Shown: piece after piece, positions 11,801-21,131 of the stretch | How the letters are laid out: every line of letters begins with the position of its first letter | Numbering within the stretch: position 1 is the first letter of the stretch | Source: an uncultured delta proteobacterium | GTDB lineage: Bacteria; Desulfobacterota; Desulfobacteria; Desulfobacterales; Desulfosalsimonadaceae | Length of the DNA stretch: 64,000 nucleotides | Assembly (NCBI GenBank): GCA_963826785.1 | Contig: CAWGYD010000010.1 | Coordinates: 128,001 to 192,000 of the forward strand | Direction of reading: 5' to 3' | Translations under genes and position numbers: made by a program | Notes under the pieces: model-generated | Databases searched by the model: none | Told to the model about the DNA's origin: nothing | The model's input: only the letters and a program-made list of their open reading frames with translations

Positions 11801-14372
11801 GGTCATTACCGAAGCGGTGGAAATGATGGGGAACCTGGACACCGATGAAGACCTGGTCAATGCCATGGTCGATCTGGGGATCGTGCTGGAAAACGCCACG
11901 GATTACCCCGGCGCCCTGAGCCGGTTCAATTCTGCTGCGCGCCTGAGCCAGACCCTGGACCGCGGGGAGCTGCTCGCGGCCCAGCAGTACAATATCGGCC
12001 GGATCCAGGACCTGAGGTTGAACCAGTATGCCCTGGCCATTTCACACTACCGCAATGCCCTGGAAGGATTTAAGATCGCGGGCAATACGGGCCGAGCCAT
12101 CGAGGCCATGATCGACATCGGCCGGTGCAGCCGTCTGCTGGGCAATTTCCCCCAGGCCGATGAGCAGTATACGCTTGCACTGGAACTGGTGGACCAAAAT
12201 CCGGAAGATCATCAAAGGCTGCTGCCGAAGATCCTCATCGAGCAGGCCAACAACGCCTGGTTTACAGGCCGGTATGAATCCGCTTTCCGGCTGCAGCGGC
12301 AGTGCGCGGCCCTGGCCGACAAGCAGGAAGATGAGGCCATGAAGGTGATGGCCGCAAACACCGCCGGGCTGATCTGGTGGACCCTGGGAGATACCGGAAA
12401 AGCAATGGCCGAACTCGAGGGCGCCCTCACCCTTGCGCAGGCAAACACGGCCCGCAAAGATGAAATCGCCACCACCTTGAACAACATGGGCCTGATTTAC
12501 CGGGACCGGCAGGACTTTGCGGCCGCCCTGGACTGCTTTGACCGCGCCCTCGACATCGACAGGAAAATCGGCTCCCGCTGGGGCATCGCCTATGACTGCC
12601 GGAACAAGGGGTTGACCCTTATTCTGATGGATGCGCCGGAAAAAGCCATCCCCTTGTTCACCGAAGCGCTGGAGATCTCCCGCGCCATCGGAAACCGCAT
12701 CAATGAGGCAAAAGCACTGATCGGCCTGGGCGATGGCTGTTTGCAGCTAAATGAACTCGACCCTGCCGAAAAGGCCTACACCGAAGGGCTTGCCCTGTCC
12801 GAGACCATGCTGCTAAAGGAGACCCAGTGGCGCGCACTGTATGGCCTGGCAAGGATTTTTCTGCTCAAAAATGACCGCAAAGCCGCCGAGCCGTATCTGC
12901 GCCGGGCAGTAGATGTGATCGAAGGCCTTCGCGCCGACATCAGAATCGATCAACTCAAGAAAAATTTTCTTTCCGGGAAGATGGATGTCTATGAAGACCT
13001 GATCCGGCTGCTGGCGGATGCAGGAAAGCCGGTTCAAGCCTTTGAAATCGCCGAGCGCTCCCGGGGGCGAAACTTCATCGATCTTCTGGGTAACCAGCGC
13101 ATTTCACTGAAGTCCGGTACGGAGGAGGCGCTGTATGAACGCTATCGCACTATCGAGTCACAGATTGAAGAATACGGGGCGCTGCTGGCATCGGCAGCCC
13201 GGCCCGAAGAGCGCAGCCTTTATGAAGGCAGGTTAAACAGCCTGAAAAACGATCTGGATGACGTGATGATCGACATGCAGGCCGCAAACCCGCAGCTTTC
13301 CGCATTCGTTTCCGTCCCTCCGGTGGACCCCGCGCGGATTTTGAATCAGCTTGCGCCCGGGACTGCGCTGGCGGCCTTCTATGTGCTCAAACAGGAAATC
13401 TTCTGCTGGATTCTTGCGCCCGATGAAGCTGGAGAAGGCAAAATTAAATTGTTTCGAACCCCCGGCGACCGGAAGGATCTGGAGCGTCAGATTCTGGATT
13501 ACCGCAGGGCCATTCAAAACCTGGAGCCCTGTGAAACCGATTCAAAAGACCTGTTTACCCGCCTTTTTTCCCCGGCCCGTCAAATGCTTGAAAATGTCAG
13601 CACGCTTGGCATTATCCCCCACGGCGCCTTGCACTACCTGTCCTTTGCCACCCTGATGGACGGGGACCGCTTCCTTATCGATGGTCATTCCCTGTTTTAT
13701 CTGCCCAGCGCCAGCATGCTGGAATTTACCACAAACCGCCGGGTCCACACGCCGAAAAAAGACCTGGAAGTCCTGGCCATCGGCAACCCGGACTTGAAAG
13801 ATCCCCAGCTGTCGCTTCCTTTTGCGGAGCGGGAAGTCAACACCATTCAATGGAATTTCCCGTCCATCACCATCCTGACCGGGGCGATGGCCACTGAAAA
13901 CTGGGTCAAGGAGAACATCGACCGGTTTGAAATCATTCATCTGGCTTCCCACGGTGAGTTCGATCCGATAAATCCCCTGCTGTCAGCCGTCAAACTCGCC
14001 CCTTCGGAGTTAGACGACGAACAAGCAATCCAAAACGACGGCGATCTGCAGGCAGCCGAGGTCTTCGGGCTCAAGATCAACGCCGACCTGGTATTTTTAA
14101 GCGCCTGCCAGACCGGCCTGGCTCAGATCACGGCCGGAGACGATATCATCGGATTGAACCGCTCCTTTTTCTATGCGGGCACCCATGCCGTCATCTCCAG
14201 CCTGTGGCGGGTCAGCGACGTATCCACCGCCATGCTGATCAAAACCTTCTACCGCCGGTATGCCACCGGCAATAAAGCCGACAGCCTGGCACAGGCCATG
14301 CGCCATGTAAAGCAGCGCTATCCCCACCCCGGCTATTGGGGGGCGTTTACGCTGGTGGGAGATTATGAATAG
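5806..14372 (+). CDS. Giant exported TolB-like (PD40) beta-propeller / TPR / CHAT (caspase-like) protease, ~2,854 aa; two apparent +1 frameshifts near 9943 and 10070
   Basis: ATG 5806 overlaps the DUF1318 stop; hydrophobic signal ending AIA-S; PD40 repeats (VSSDGKKIVY, FSPDGEKLYF, VSPDGTRLAF, WSTDGKSIYF); many TPRs; C-terminal CHAT with IIPHGALHYLSF, HLASHG, LSACQTG, SLWRVSD, HPGYWGAF. The frame of ORF 9851-10102 bridges the two long ORFs. Confidence 0.8.
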
Positions 14373-14542
14373 AAGAATCCCTGATTGACTTTTCAGAATG
14401 ATTCTATACAAACATAGAAAGCAGGCACATTGTCATCAACAACAATTCTTATATCCAACGCCAAAAACGAAGATATTGTTGTGGTCAACTTTTTGCCGAA
14501 ATCATAAAAAAGAGAATTGCAGATAAACCGTACAGCAAAGGA

Positions 14543-15076
14543 ATGATCATGAAACGTATTACCCTCATGCTGACCTGCCTGGCCGGACTGCTCTGCTTCA
14601 CCTGGGCAGCCGCGGCCGCACAGACCCTGTGGGTCACCTCCGACCAGGCCGATTTGAAAGCAGACAGCAGCAGCACGTCTGAAACCGTGGCCACCCTGGC
14701 GCGGGGCACCGAACTGAATGTAAAGGCCACTGACAACCGGTGGTACGAGGTGAGCACCAAGGCTGGGGAGTCCGGATGGGTGTACCGGGGAAAAGTTTCC
14801 GAAACCGCCCCGGAGATAGATGCCTCTGCCCAGCAGAGTGATCCGGGTCTGGGCGACCTTCTGGGCGGGTTGTCCGGCAGTAGCATCGAGACGGACGCCG
14901 CCAGCACATCGCGCAGCATCCGCGGCCTGTCCCCGGAAGCCGTTCAGTATGCCGATCAGACCCATGCACCCGAGGACATCCGAAAAGCACTGGATGAGGT
15001 GCTGTCATACGGCATCAAAGACAATGAGATCGACCGGTTTTTAAAAGACGGCCGCATCGGCGAGTATGCCCAATAA
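14543..15076 (+). CDS. Secreted bacterial SH3 (SH3b) domain protein
   Basis: Signal peptide ending AAA-Q; ADLKADSSSTSETVATLARGTELNV...WYEVSTKAGESGWV; AAGGA RBS. Confidence 0.85.
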   Translation: MIMKRITLMLTCLAGLLCFTWAAAAAQTLWVTSDQADLKADSSSTSETVATLARGTELNVKATDNRWYEVSTKAGESGWVYRGKVSETAPEIDASAQQSDPGLGDLLGGLSGSSIETDAASTSRSIRGLSPEAVQYADQTHAPEDIRKALDEVLSYGIKDNEIDRFLKDGRIGEYAQ

Positions 15077-15097
15077 AGACTTTGAAAGGCATCGACC

Positions 15098-16024
15098 ATG
15101 AAAAATATTTTTCAGATCCCCCATAAACCGGCGTGCAACCGGCAGCGCCGCAGACTCCTGAAACTGGCCGGCCCACTGGCGCTGATGATGACCAGCCCCG
15201 TCTGGGCATTTGACCTGTTTCAGGTGATCGATCCCCAGGGCAAGAACAAGGACCTGCAAAAGGCCAAACAGGCCATGGAAGGCCTTGGCAGCATCTCCCA
15301 GAGCATCAAAGGCATCGATTACGAAACGGAATTTACCATCGGCGAAACCCTGGCCCTTGAAGGTTTTCAGCGATTTGGACTTCCCGTGAAAAATTCCGAA
15401 CTGCAAACGTACGTCAACACCATGGGAAAAGCCGTGGCGAAAAATTCAACGCGCCCTGAAATCCCGTACTATTTCGTGGTGGTCCAAAGCGATGTCTACA
15501 ACGCCTTTGCCTGTCCCGGGGGGATCATCTTCGTCAGTTCCCAACTGGTCAAGTCCATGGCGGACGAAGCCGAACTGGCCTGTGTGCTGTCCCACGAAGT
15601 CTGCCATGTGGGCTTCAAGCACGCCCTGCAGTCGGTCCGGAGGGCGAAATTCATCGAAGGTGCGGGCAAGATCGGCACCGTCAACATGAAGGGGGAGGAA
15701 GGCCAGAAATACCGGGCCATGATCGGCGACCTGCAGACGGTCCTGTTCGATCAGGGACTGGATAAGCAAATGGAGTTTGAAGCCGACCGGGAAGGCATGG
15801 CCTGCGCCTACCGCACCGGATATGACCCGGCAGGCATGCTCCGGGTGCTGGAGATGCTCAAGGCCAAACAGGCGGGCGCGCACACCAAGGGATCATGGTT
15901 TTCGACCCATCCGCCCCTGTCCGACCGGCTGTCCAAATGCAATGACCAGATGAAAAATTATCCGGATGCCTCCCAGATGGCGCTTCTACCGGATCGGTTC
16001 ACGAAGTACCGGCAGCTGCTGTAG
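15098..16024 (+). CDS. M48 family zinc metalloprotease (BepA/LoiP-like)
   Basis: NAFACPGGIIFV, HEVCH (HExxH), EFEAD, WFSTHP; Tat-like QRRRLL signal. Confidence 0.9.
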   Translation: MKNIFQIPHKPACNRQRRRLLKLAGPLALMMTSPVWAFDLFQVIDPQGKNKDLQKAKQAMEGLGSISQSIKGIDYETEFTIGETLALEGFQRFGLPVKNSELQTYVNTMGKAVAKNSTRPEIPYYFVVVQSDVYNAFACPGGIIFVSSQLVKSMADEAELACVLSHEVCHVGFKHALQSVRRAKFIEGAGKIGTVNMKGEEGQKYRAMIGDLQTVLFDQGLDKQMEFEADREGMACAYRTGYDPAGMLRVLEMLKAKQAGAHTKGSWFSTHPPLSDRLSKCNDQMKNYPDASQMALLPDRFTKYRQLL

Positions 16025-16082
16025 GTCTGTTCTTAGCGCCATAGCAGAAACCGGCACTCCCGTCATTTGCATTGGGACAAAA

Positions 16083-16751
16083 TTAGTTTCGTCGGGGGAC
16101 CTGCCGGATTTCAAGCATGACGCCATCCTGGTGGATCTCCGCCCAGGCGTAATGCCCCTGGGTCAGCGGCCCCGGGTTGATGATCCGGGTGTTTTTGATG
16201 GTGTCGATGCCTGCGGATTCATGGATGTGACCGGTAAAGCAGACCAGGGGTGATGTTTTCTCGATAAACGCCCTTACGGCCTGGCTCCCCACATGGACTC
16301 CGGATCGGAGACGGTCGCAGCCGGTATCATAGGGCGGCTGATGGGAAACCAGAATAAATGGAAGGTCCGGTGAAGCGGTCGCGTATGCAGTTGATAGGGT
16401 TCGGCTGATTTCATCTTCGGTGTATTCCAGCGGGGTTTTAAAGGGCGTGATCAAAGACCCGCCCAGTCCGGTAAAACCCATTTCCCGAAATAAGACGGTC
16501 CTGCCGTGCAGATTGAGGTCCCGGCTGGTCAGATAGGCGTCCACTTCCGGGTAATCGCAGTTGCCGGCCACGGCATAGAGGTTCGCACATGCCGCACGGA
16601 TGGGGGCGATGATGTTTTCAGCGGCATCTTTCCTGCCGAAGTGGGTGATATCCCCCGTCACCAGGACCGTATCCGCCTGTTCCAGGACGGGGCGCAGTAA
16701 TTCAATCATCTGCGCGCTGCCATGGATATCGGTGAGGGCCACGATCCTCAT
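16083..16751 (-). CDS. Calcineurin-like metallophosphoesterase (Icc-related)
   Basis: DIHG, GDIT, GNCD, HQPP, GHIHE, NPG motifs. Confidence 0.9.
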   Translation of the reverse strand: MRIVALTDIHGSAQMIELLRPVLEQADTVLVTGDITHFGRKDAAENIIAPIRAACANLYAVAGNCDYPEVDAYLTSRDLNLHGRTVLFREMGFTGLGGSLITPFKTPLEYTEDEISRTLSTAYATASPDLPFILVSHQPPYDTGCDRLRSGVHVGSQAVRAFIEKTSPLVCFTGHIHESAGIDTIKNTRIINPGPLTQGHYAWAEIHQDGVMLEIRQVPRRN

Positions 16752-16781
16752 TTCCAATCCCCGGTTATGTTCAAGAAAGGT

Positions 16782-19595
16782 TTACAGGCGCTTTTCGATT
16801 TTGCCGACCGCGGTCGAAATGATCTGTGCCAGCGGCGGGTGGGTTTTGGAAATGCCGGTGAGCGCCTTTTTCGACAGGTCGCCGCCGATGCGTCCCAAAA
16901 GCGGGATACCGGCCTTGAGAATCGACAGATCCTGATGGCTCCCCTTGGCTTTTTTCACCAGCTTTCGCCATCCGGAACTCCGCTGGGCGGTGGTTTTGAC
17001 GATTTCCAACATCACCGCCTCGACTTTTTCCCCCGAGGGGATGAGCTTCATGGCATTTATCGCACTGATGAATTGAACCAGGTTCCGGACGTCTTCCTCG
17101 GCGGGCTCCTGCTGATGAAACATGTTTGATATCAACCGCAGCAGATCGTCCATGGTCGCCGCATGCACGGATGGGATATCGGCCAGGGCCTTGAGGGCCC
17201 GCCAGCGGACCCGGGCATCCGCGTCCAGCAGGGCATCGATGATGAGAGATTCCATATCACCCGGCCGCAGGCTCAGGACCAGGCTCATGGCCTCTTCCCG
17301 GAGCCGGGAATGAGAATTTTTCAGAAATTTACGGACCGGCTCGAAATCACCTTCCTGTTTGCTGACATTTCTCAGGATCATCATGGCATTTCGATGCAGA
17401 AACCATTGCTGGCCATCATCCGCGATGACCTTGAGCGCCCAGATGCGGGCCGTATCCCCTTTTGCCTGCAGGGCCTCCACCGCAGTCTTTCTGACGTCTC
17501 GATCATTGCTCCGGGAAAGGACGCGGCTTAAGATTTCGACTCCGGATATTCCCAGGCGGTCCAGGAGACGGTTCATCCGTTGCCGATCCGGTTCATCGGC
17601 CCGCTGAAAAGCGTCGGCCAGCGCATCGAGCATGTTTTCGAACAGGAAAACGGCGGATGTGAATTCATCTGGTTGGGTGTCCGTCGATTCTTTTTCAACC
17701 GGGCCGTCGGATTTTTCCGTCACCGCAACACTTTGGGTCAACTGCCTGGAAAAAAACGGATTGGCCGCGGCGGCCTGGTCGAGAATTTCCACCATGTCAG
17801 CGAGAATTTCCCATTTCGCAGAAGCCATGAATACCGGAAGCATCCTGGAAAAGCCTTTCAGGTAGACCTGCGCATCTTCAAAGGTGTCCAGTGCGGACAG
17901 GCGGCAGGGATAAGACTGACGGTTCTTCTCGAAATCATCGGCCATGCTCCGGGAATTGACGATGTACTGGACCTCGGCAGGCAGTTCCGTGAAGGAGAGA
18001 ATCTGGTTGTCATGCAGCTGTTCCAGAAAGAGATGCGCACCCGGCGCGTCTTCCTGGACCACGCGCCGGGAAATCAGCTTCAGAATGCGCCGGATGCCGG
18101 ATAATCGCCTTAAGATCAATCGATTATCCGGCTGCTCGGATTTCAGTTGGTTCAGGTAATCAAGTTCCGTAAAGGTAAACCTGGATGTCGGCAGCAGCTT
18201 TTCCACCGGAAATGCGTCCACAATGATCTCTTCGATGATTTCCGGCTCCATGTGGCCCACGTTTTCAGCAATCACATGGGAGTTAACCAGAAAATCATTT
18301 AGATACCGGGGATGCTTCAACGGCCGGATGATGTCTTCCACAGTGGCCAGCTTCATTTTCTTGACCGCGTCATCGGAGGCTTCGGCGAACATGGGCATCA
18401 GTCTGAAATCCTTGGCCAGGCGCTGGATGGCCATTTCCACCCGCCAGGGAAGATCCTGCTCCAGTTTCAGCAGGTCATCGGCAAAAACGGTGGAAATCAT
18501 GGTGATGCCGTGCTCCACCAGGGCGCTGGTGAGATAGGCCCCTGCCTTCTGGTGCTCGCTCCGGTCCACCTGGGGATCGCTCATGATGGTGATGAAGTCA
18601 TTGAAATGGGGCGGCGGAATTTCCTTTCGGATGGCAAACCCGATCAGTTCCTTTTTTTCGCAGTATTCGCAGAGTTTGGGAACGAACAGGCCGGCCACGC
18701 CCTGGGTCACCATCTGATGGATACTGACCGGTTCATCGAGGATGCCAGTGATCAGGAGGTCCCCTTTTTCCTTTGTGGATCGGTTGGAGATCATGATTTC
18801 ACCGCTGTCCTGCAGCACCCGGATAAATTCTTCATACAGGCCGGATTTTGCAGTGGTCGACCCGGGATGGCCGGGATCATAATATCCGGAGCGCAGCATG
18901 GCCTTGGTGAGATTCATAATGAAGCTTCCCACCGGCTGGCATCGCTTCTTTTCCGCTTCCGTCAGTTCGGTCTTTTCAAAACAGGGTTCTTCAGGAATAT
19001 CGGATTCCGCCTGAATAAGCGGCACAACGGTTTCGTCCTGGACCGCCCGGCGAAACCACTCCAGCGAAAGGGTTTCTTGAGAATGTGGCAGATCTTCGAT
19101 TTCAACCGGGATTGGACACTCGATGGCCGCCGCGAAATTGGGTTCAGGCGGCGGCTGGATTTCAGCTGTGATCCCGGCGGGCGATTTTAAATCTACAAAA
19201 TCCATTTCAAGCTCGATTTCTTCTTCCGGTTCAGAAATCACGGATTCAATGGCCGGAGTCTGCGTTGCGGTCTCAATCGTCAGACCGAGCATGTCCCGAT
19301 AAGCTGGGTCTCGCTTGAACAGATCATCGATTTCAGCCATCAGCAGCATCAGATTATCGATGATTTCAAATGACATGCGGCAGCCGGGGCCGGATGCCGT
19401 TTTCTGAGACAATACCCGGCAGTTGAGGAGAATTCCCGGATGGATGCGGGGCAGGATCATTTTGATCAGAATGGCGGCATTTTCGGGCAGCGGCGATGCG
19501 CAATGGACGATCAGCTGACCGGATTTGATCTGGCGGTAATACTGGCCGAAGAGTTCAGCGGCCGAAAATTTGATGATAATCAGGTGCTTTTTCAT
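16782..19595 (-). CDS. PilZ-like N-terminal domain + HEAT-repeat protein
   Basis: N-terminus IKFSAAELFGQYYRQIKSGQLIV...PLP resembles deltaproteobacterial PilZ-like domains; C-terminal HEAT repeats (DRDVRKTAVEAL, DADARVRWRALKAL). Confidence 0.6.
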   Translation of the reverse strand: MKKHLIIIKFSAAELFGQYYRQIKSGQLIVHCASPLPENAAILIKMILPRIHPGILLNCRVLSQKTASGPGCRMSFEIIDNLMLLMAEIDDLFKRDPAYRDMLGLTIETATQTPAIESVISEPEEEIELEMDFVDLKSPAGITAEIQPPPEPNFAAAIECPIPVEIEDLPHSQETLSLEWFRRAVQDETVVPLIQAESDIPEEPCFEKTELTEAEKKRCQPVGSFIMNLTKAMLRSGYYDPGHPGSTTAKSGLYEEFIRVLQDSGEIMISNRSTKEKGDLLITGILDEPVSIHQMVTQGVAGLFVPKLCEYCEKKELIGFAIRKEIPPPHFNDFITIMSDPQVDRSEHQKAGAYLTSALVEHGITMISTVFADDLLKLEQDLPWRVEMAIQRLAKDFRLMPMFAEASDDAVKKMKLATVEDIIRPLKHPRYLNDFLVNSHVIAENVGHMEPEIIEEIIVDAFPVEKLLPTSRFTFTELDYLNQLKSEQPDNRLILRRLSGIRRILKLISRRVVQEDAPGAHLFLEQLHDNQILSFTELPAEVQYIVNSRSMADDFEKNRQSYPCRLSALDTFEDAQVYLKGFSRMLPVFMASAKWEILADMVEILDQAAAANPFFSRQLTQSVAVTEKSDGPVEKESTDTQPDEFTSAVFLFENMLDALADAFQRADEPDRQRMNRLLDRLGISGVEILSRVLSRSNDRDVRKTAVEALQAKGDTARIWALKVIADDGQQWFLHRNAMMILRNVSKQEGDFEPVRKFLKNSHSRLREEAMSLVLSLRPGDMESLIIDALLDADARVRWRALKALADIPSVHAATMDDLLRLISNMFHQQEPAEEDVRNLVQFISAINAMKLIPSGEKVEAVMLEIVKTTAQRSSGWRKLVKKAKGSHQDLSILKAGIPLLGRIGGDLSKKALTGISKTHPPLAQIISTAVGKIEKRL

Positions 19596-19912
19596 GTGAC
19601 ATCGGGTCTGATGAATTGATATCCGCCTAAAACCGGCCTTGCGATTGTAAGTAGGCATCATGTCAGACTTTTAGGTATTGATCAACGTCTAAATATTCGC
19701 TAAACGGATATAGATGCAGTGGGCAATTCGACTGACAAAAAATACAATACGATATCGCCAAATTTAGCGAAACAGCCGAACTTGATCAAAACATCTCAAA
19801 TCTTATAGTAAAGGCAGTAAAGCCAGGCATGGACCCCATTCAAACAGGTCCTTGTTCAATTTGCGAATTCGGCGACAAGAATTTGGCCTTTGCCCTTGAT
19901 GGAGAATATAAC

Positions 19913-20497
19913 ATGACCGATCCTCAGCATATCAGTGAAGACAAAGGGGAAGCGCTGGTCCGGCTGGCCCGGCAGACGATTTCAAAAGAACTGGGTCTGA
20001 TCCCTGAGAAGGCGCCCGATGATGCCGTTTTTCGTGATCCCTTGTTTGACTCCCGACGGGGGACATTTGTCACGCTTACCATGGGCGGCCAGCTGCGGGG
20101 GTGCATCGGCAACCTGATGCCGGACAAAACCATTGGGCAGGGCATTCGGGAAAACGCCATAAATGCGGCATTCCACGACCCCCGATTCCGGCCCCTGACA
20201 CCACAGGAATTTGACCGGATCCGCGTCGAGGTCAGCCTGCTCACCCAGCCCGAACAACTCCATTACATTGACGGGGATGACCTTCTGGCCAAACTTCGTC
20301 CCAACATAGACGGACTTATCATTAAAAAAGGGATGTACAGCGCGACGTTTCTGCCCCAGGTCTGGGAACAGCTGCCGGATAAGCGCTTGTTCCTGGAGCA
20401 TCTCTGCATGAAAGCGGGGCTGGTGCCGGATGCCTGGCGGGAGGGGAAACTGGAGGTATATACCTATCAGGTCCAGTATTTTGAAGAACACCCCTGA
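19913..20497 (+). CDS. amrA: AMMECR1-family AmmeMemoRadiSam protein A
   Basis: GTFVTL, LRGCIG, AAFHDPRF, ATFLPQVW, LCMKAG; GGAG RBS before ATG 19913. Confidence 0.9.
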   Translation: MTDPQHISEDKGEALVRLARQTISKELGLIPEKAPDDAVFRDPLFDSRRGTFVTLTMGGQLRGCIGNLMPDKTIGQGIRENAINAAFHDPRFRPLTPQEFDRIRVEVSLLTQPEQLHYIDGDDLLAKLRPNIDGLIIKKGMYSATFLPQVWEQLPDKRLFLEHLCMKAGLVPDAWREGKLEVYTYQVQYFEEHP

Positions 20498-20515
20498 GCA
20501 ACAGGCCATTTACAA

Positions 20516-21088
20516 ATGAAATACACGAGGGATGGAAAACCCGCAACAGCGCCCGTATCCAATTGGCTTCAGATTTTCCTGCTGCTGATCATATGGCTGC
20601 CGCTCGCAGGGTGCGGACCGAAAAAGATCGTGCGTGAAATCCGGGCGACGGGCTACTGCGGCTGCGGGCAGTGCTGCGGATGGGAGCGGGGAAGCTGGAA
20701 ATTTCTAAAACTTGATTTCTGGAATCGCTACATCAGCTACGGACCGCGCGAAGGGGAGCCCTATTCCGGACTGACAGCCAGCGGCACGCGTCCTCATGAA
20801 CCCCGGTACGGCCTGTTTTCACTCAACAGCATCACCCATCCCTGGATGATCCCCTTTCGGATGGTTTTTCCGTGGCTGTGGTTTTCCCGGGACGGCACCC
20901 TGGCCGCCGATACCCGGTTTTATCCTTTCGGAACGCGCATGTACATTCCCGGATACGGCTACGGCATCGTGGAGGACCGGGGCAGCGCCATCAATCAGGC
21001 CAATAAACTCGACCTTTTCTTTGATTCCCACGCAGAGGCGAATGAGTGGGGGGTGCAGTATCTGGATGTGGTCATTTACCGGAAATGA
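20516..21088 (+). CDS. 3D-domain lipoprotein (MltA-like peptidoglycan hydrolase domain)
   Basis: Lipobox LAGC; ATGY, GLTASG, LAADTRFYPFGTRMYIPGYG, EDRGSAI, LDLFF. Confidence 0.85.
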   Translation: MKYTRDGKPATAPVSNWLQIFLLLIIWLPLAGCGPKKIVREIRATGYCGCGQCCGWERGSWKFLKLDFWNRYISYGPREGEPYSGLTASGTRPHEPRYGLFSLNSITHPWMIPFRMVFPWLWFSRDGTLAADTRFYPFGTRMYIPGYGYGIVEDRGSAINQANKLDLFFDSHAEANEWGVQYLDVVIYRK

Positions 21089-21131
21089 TGCCGCGGATAC
21101 ATACCCCCTTCTGTTGGCCGGCGGTAAATTG

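Noticed and set aside
10041..14372. CHAT protease as a CRISPR type III-E, gasdermin or other anti-phage effector
   Set aside because: No cas genes, array, gasdermin, SAVED or NLR-type ATPase in the window; the neighbours are envelope proteins.
14385..14412. Internal sigma70 promoter before the SH3 gene
   Set aside because: TTGACT is a good -35 but no convincing -10 lies at 16-18 nt spacing.
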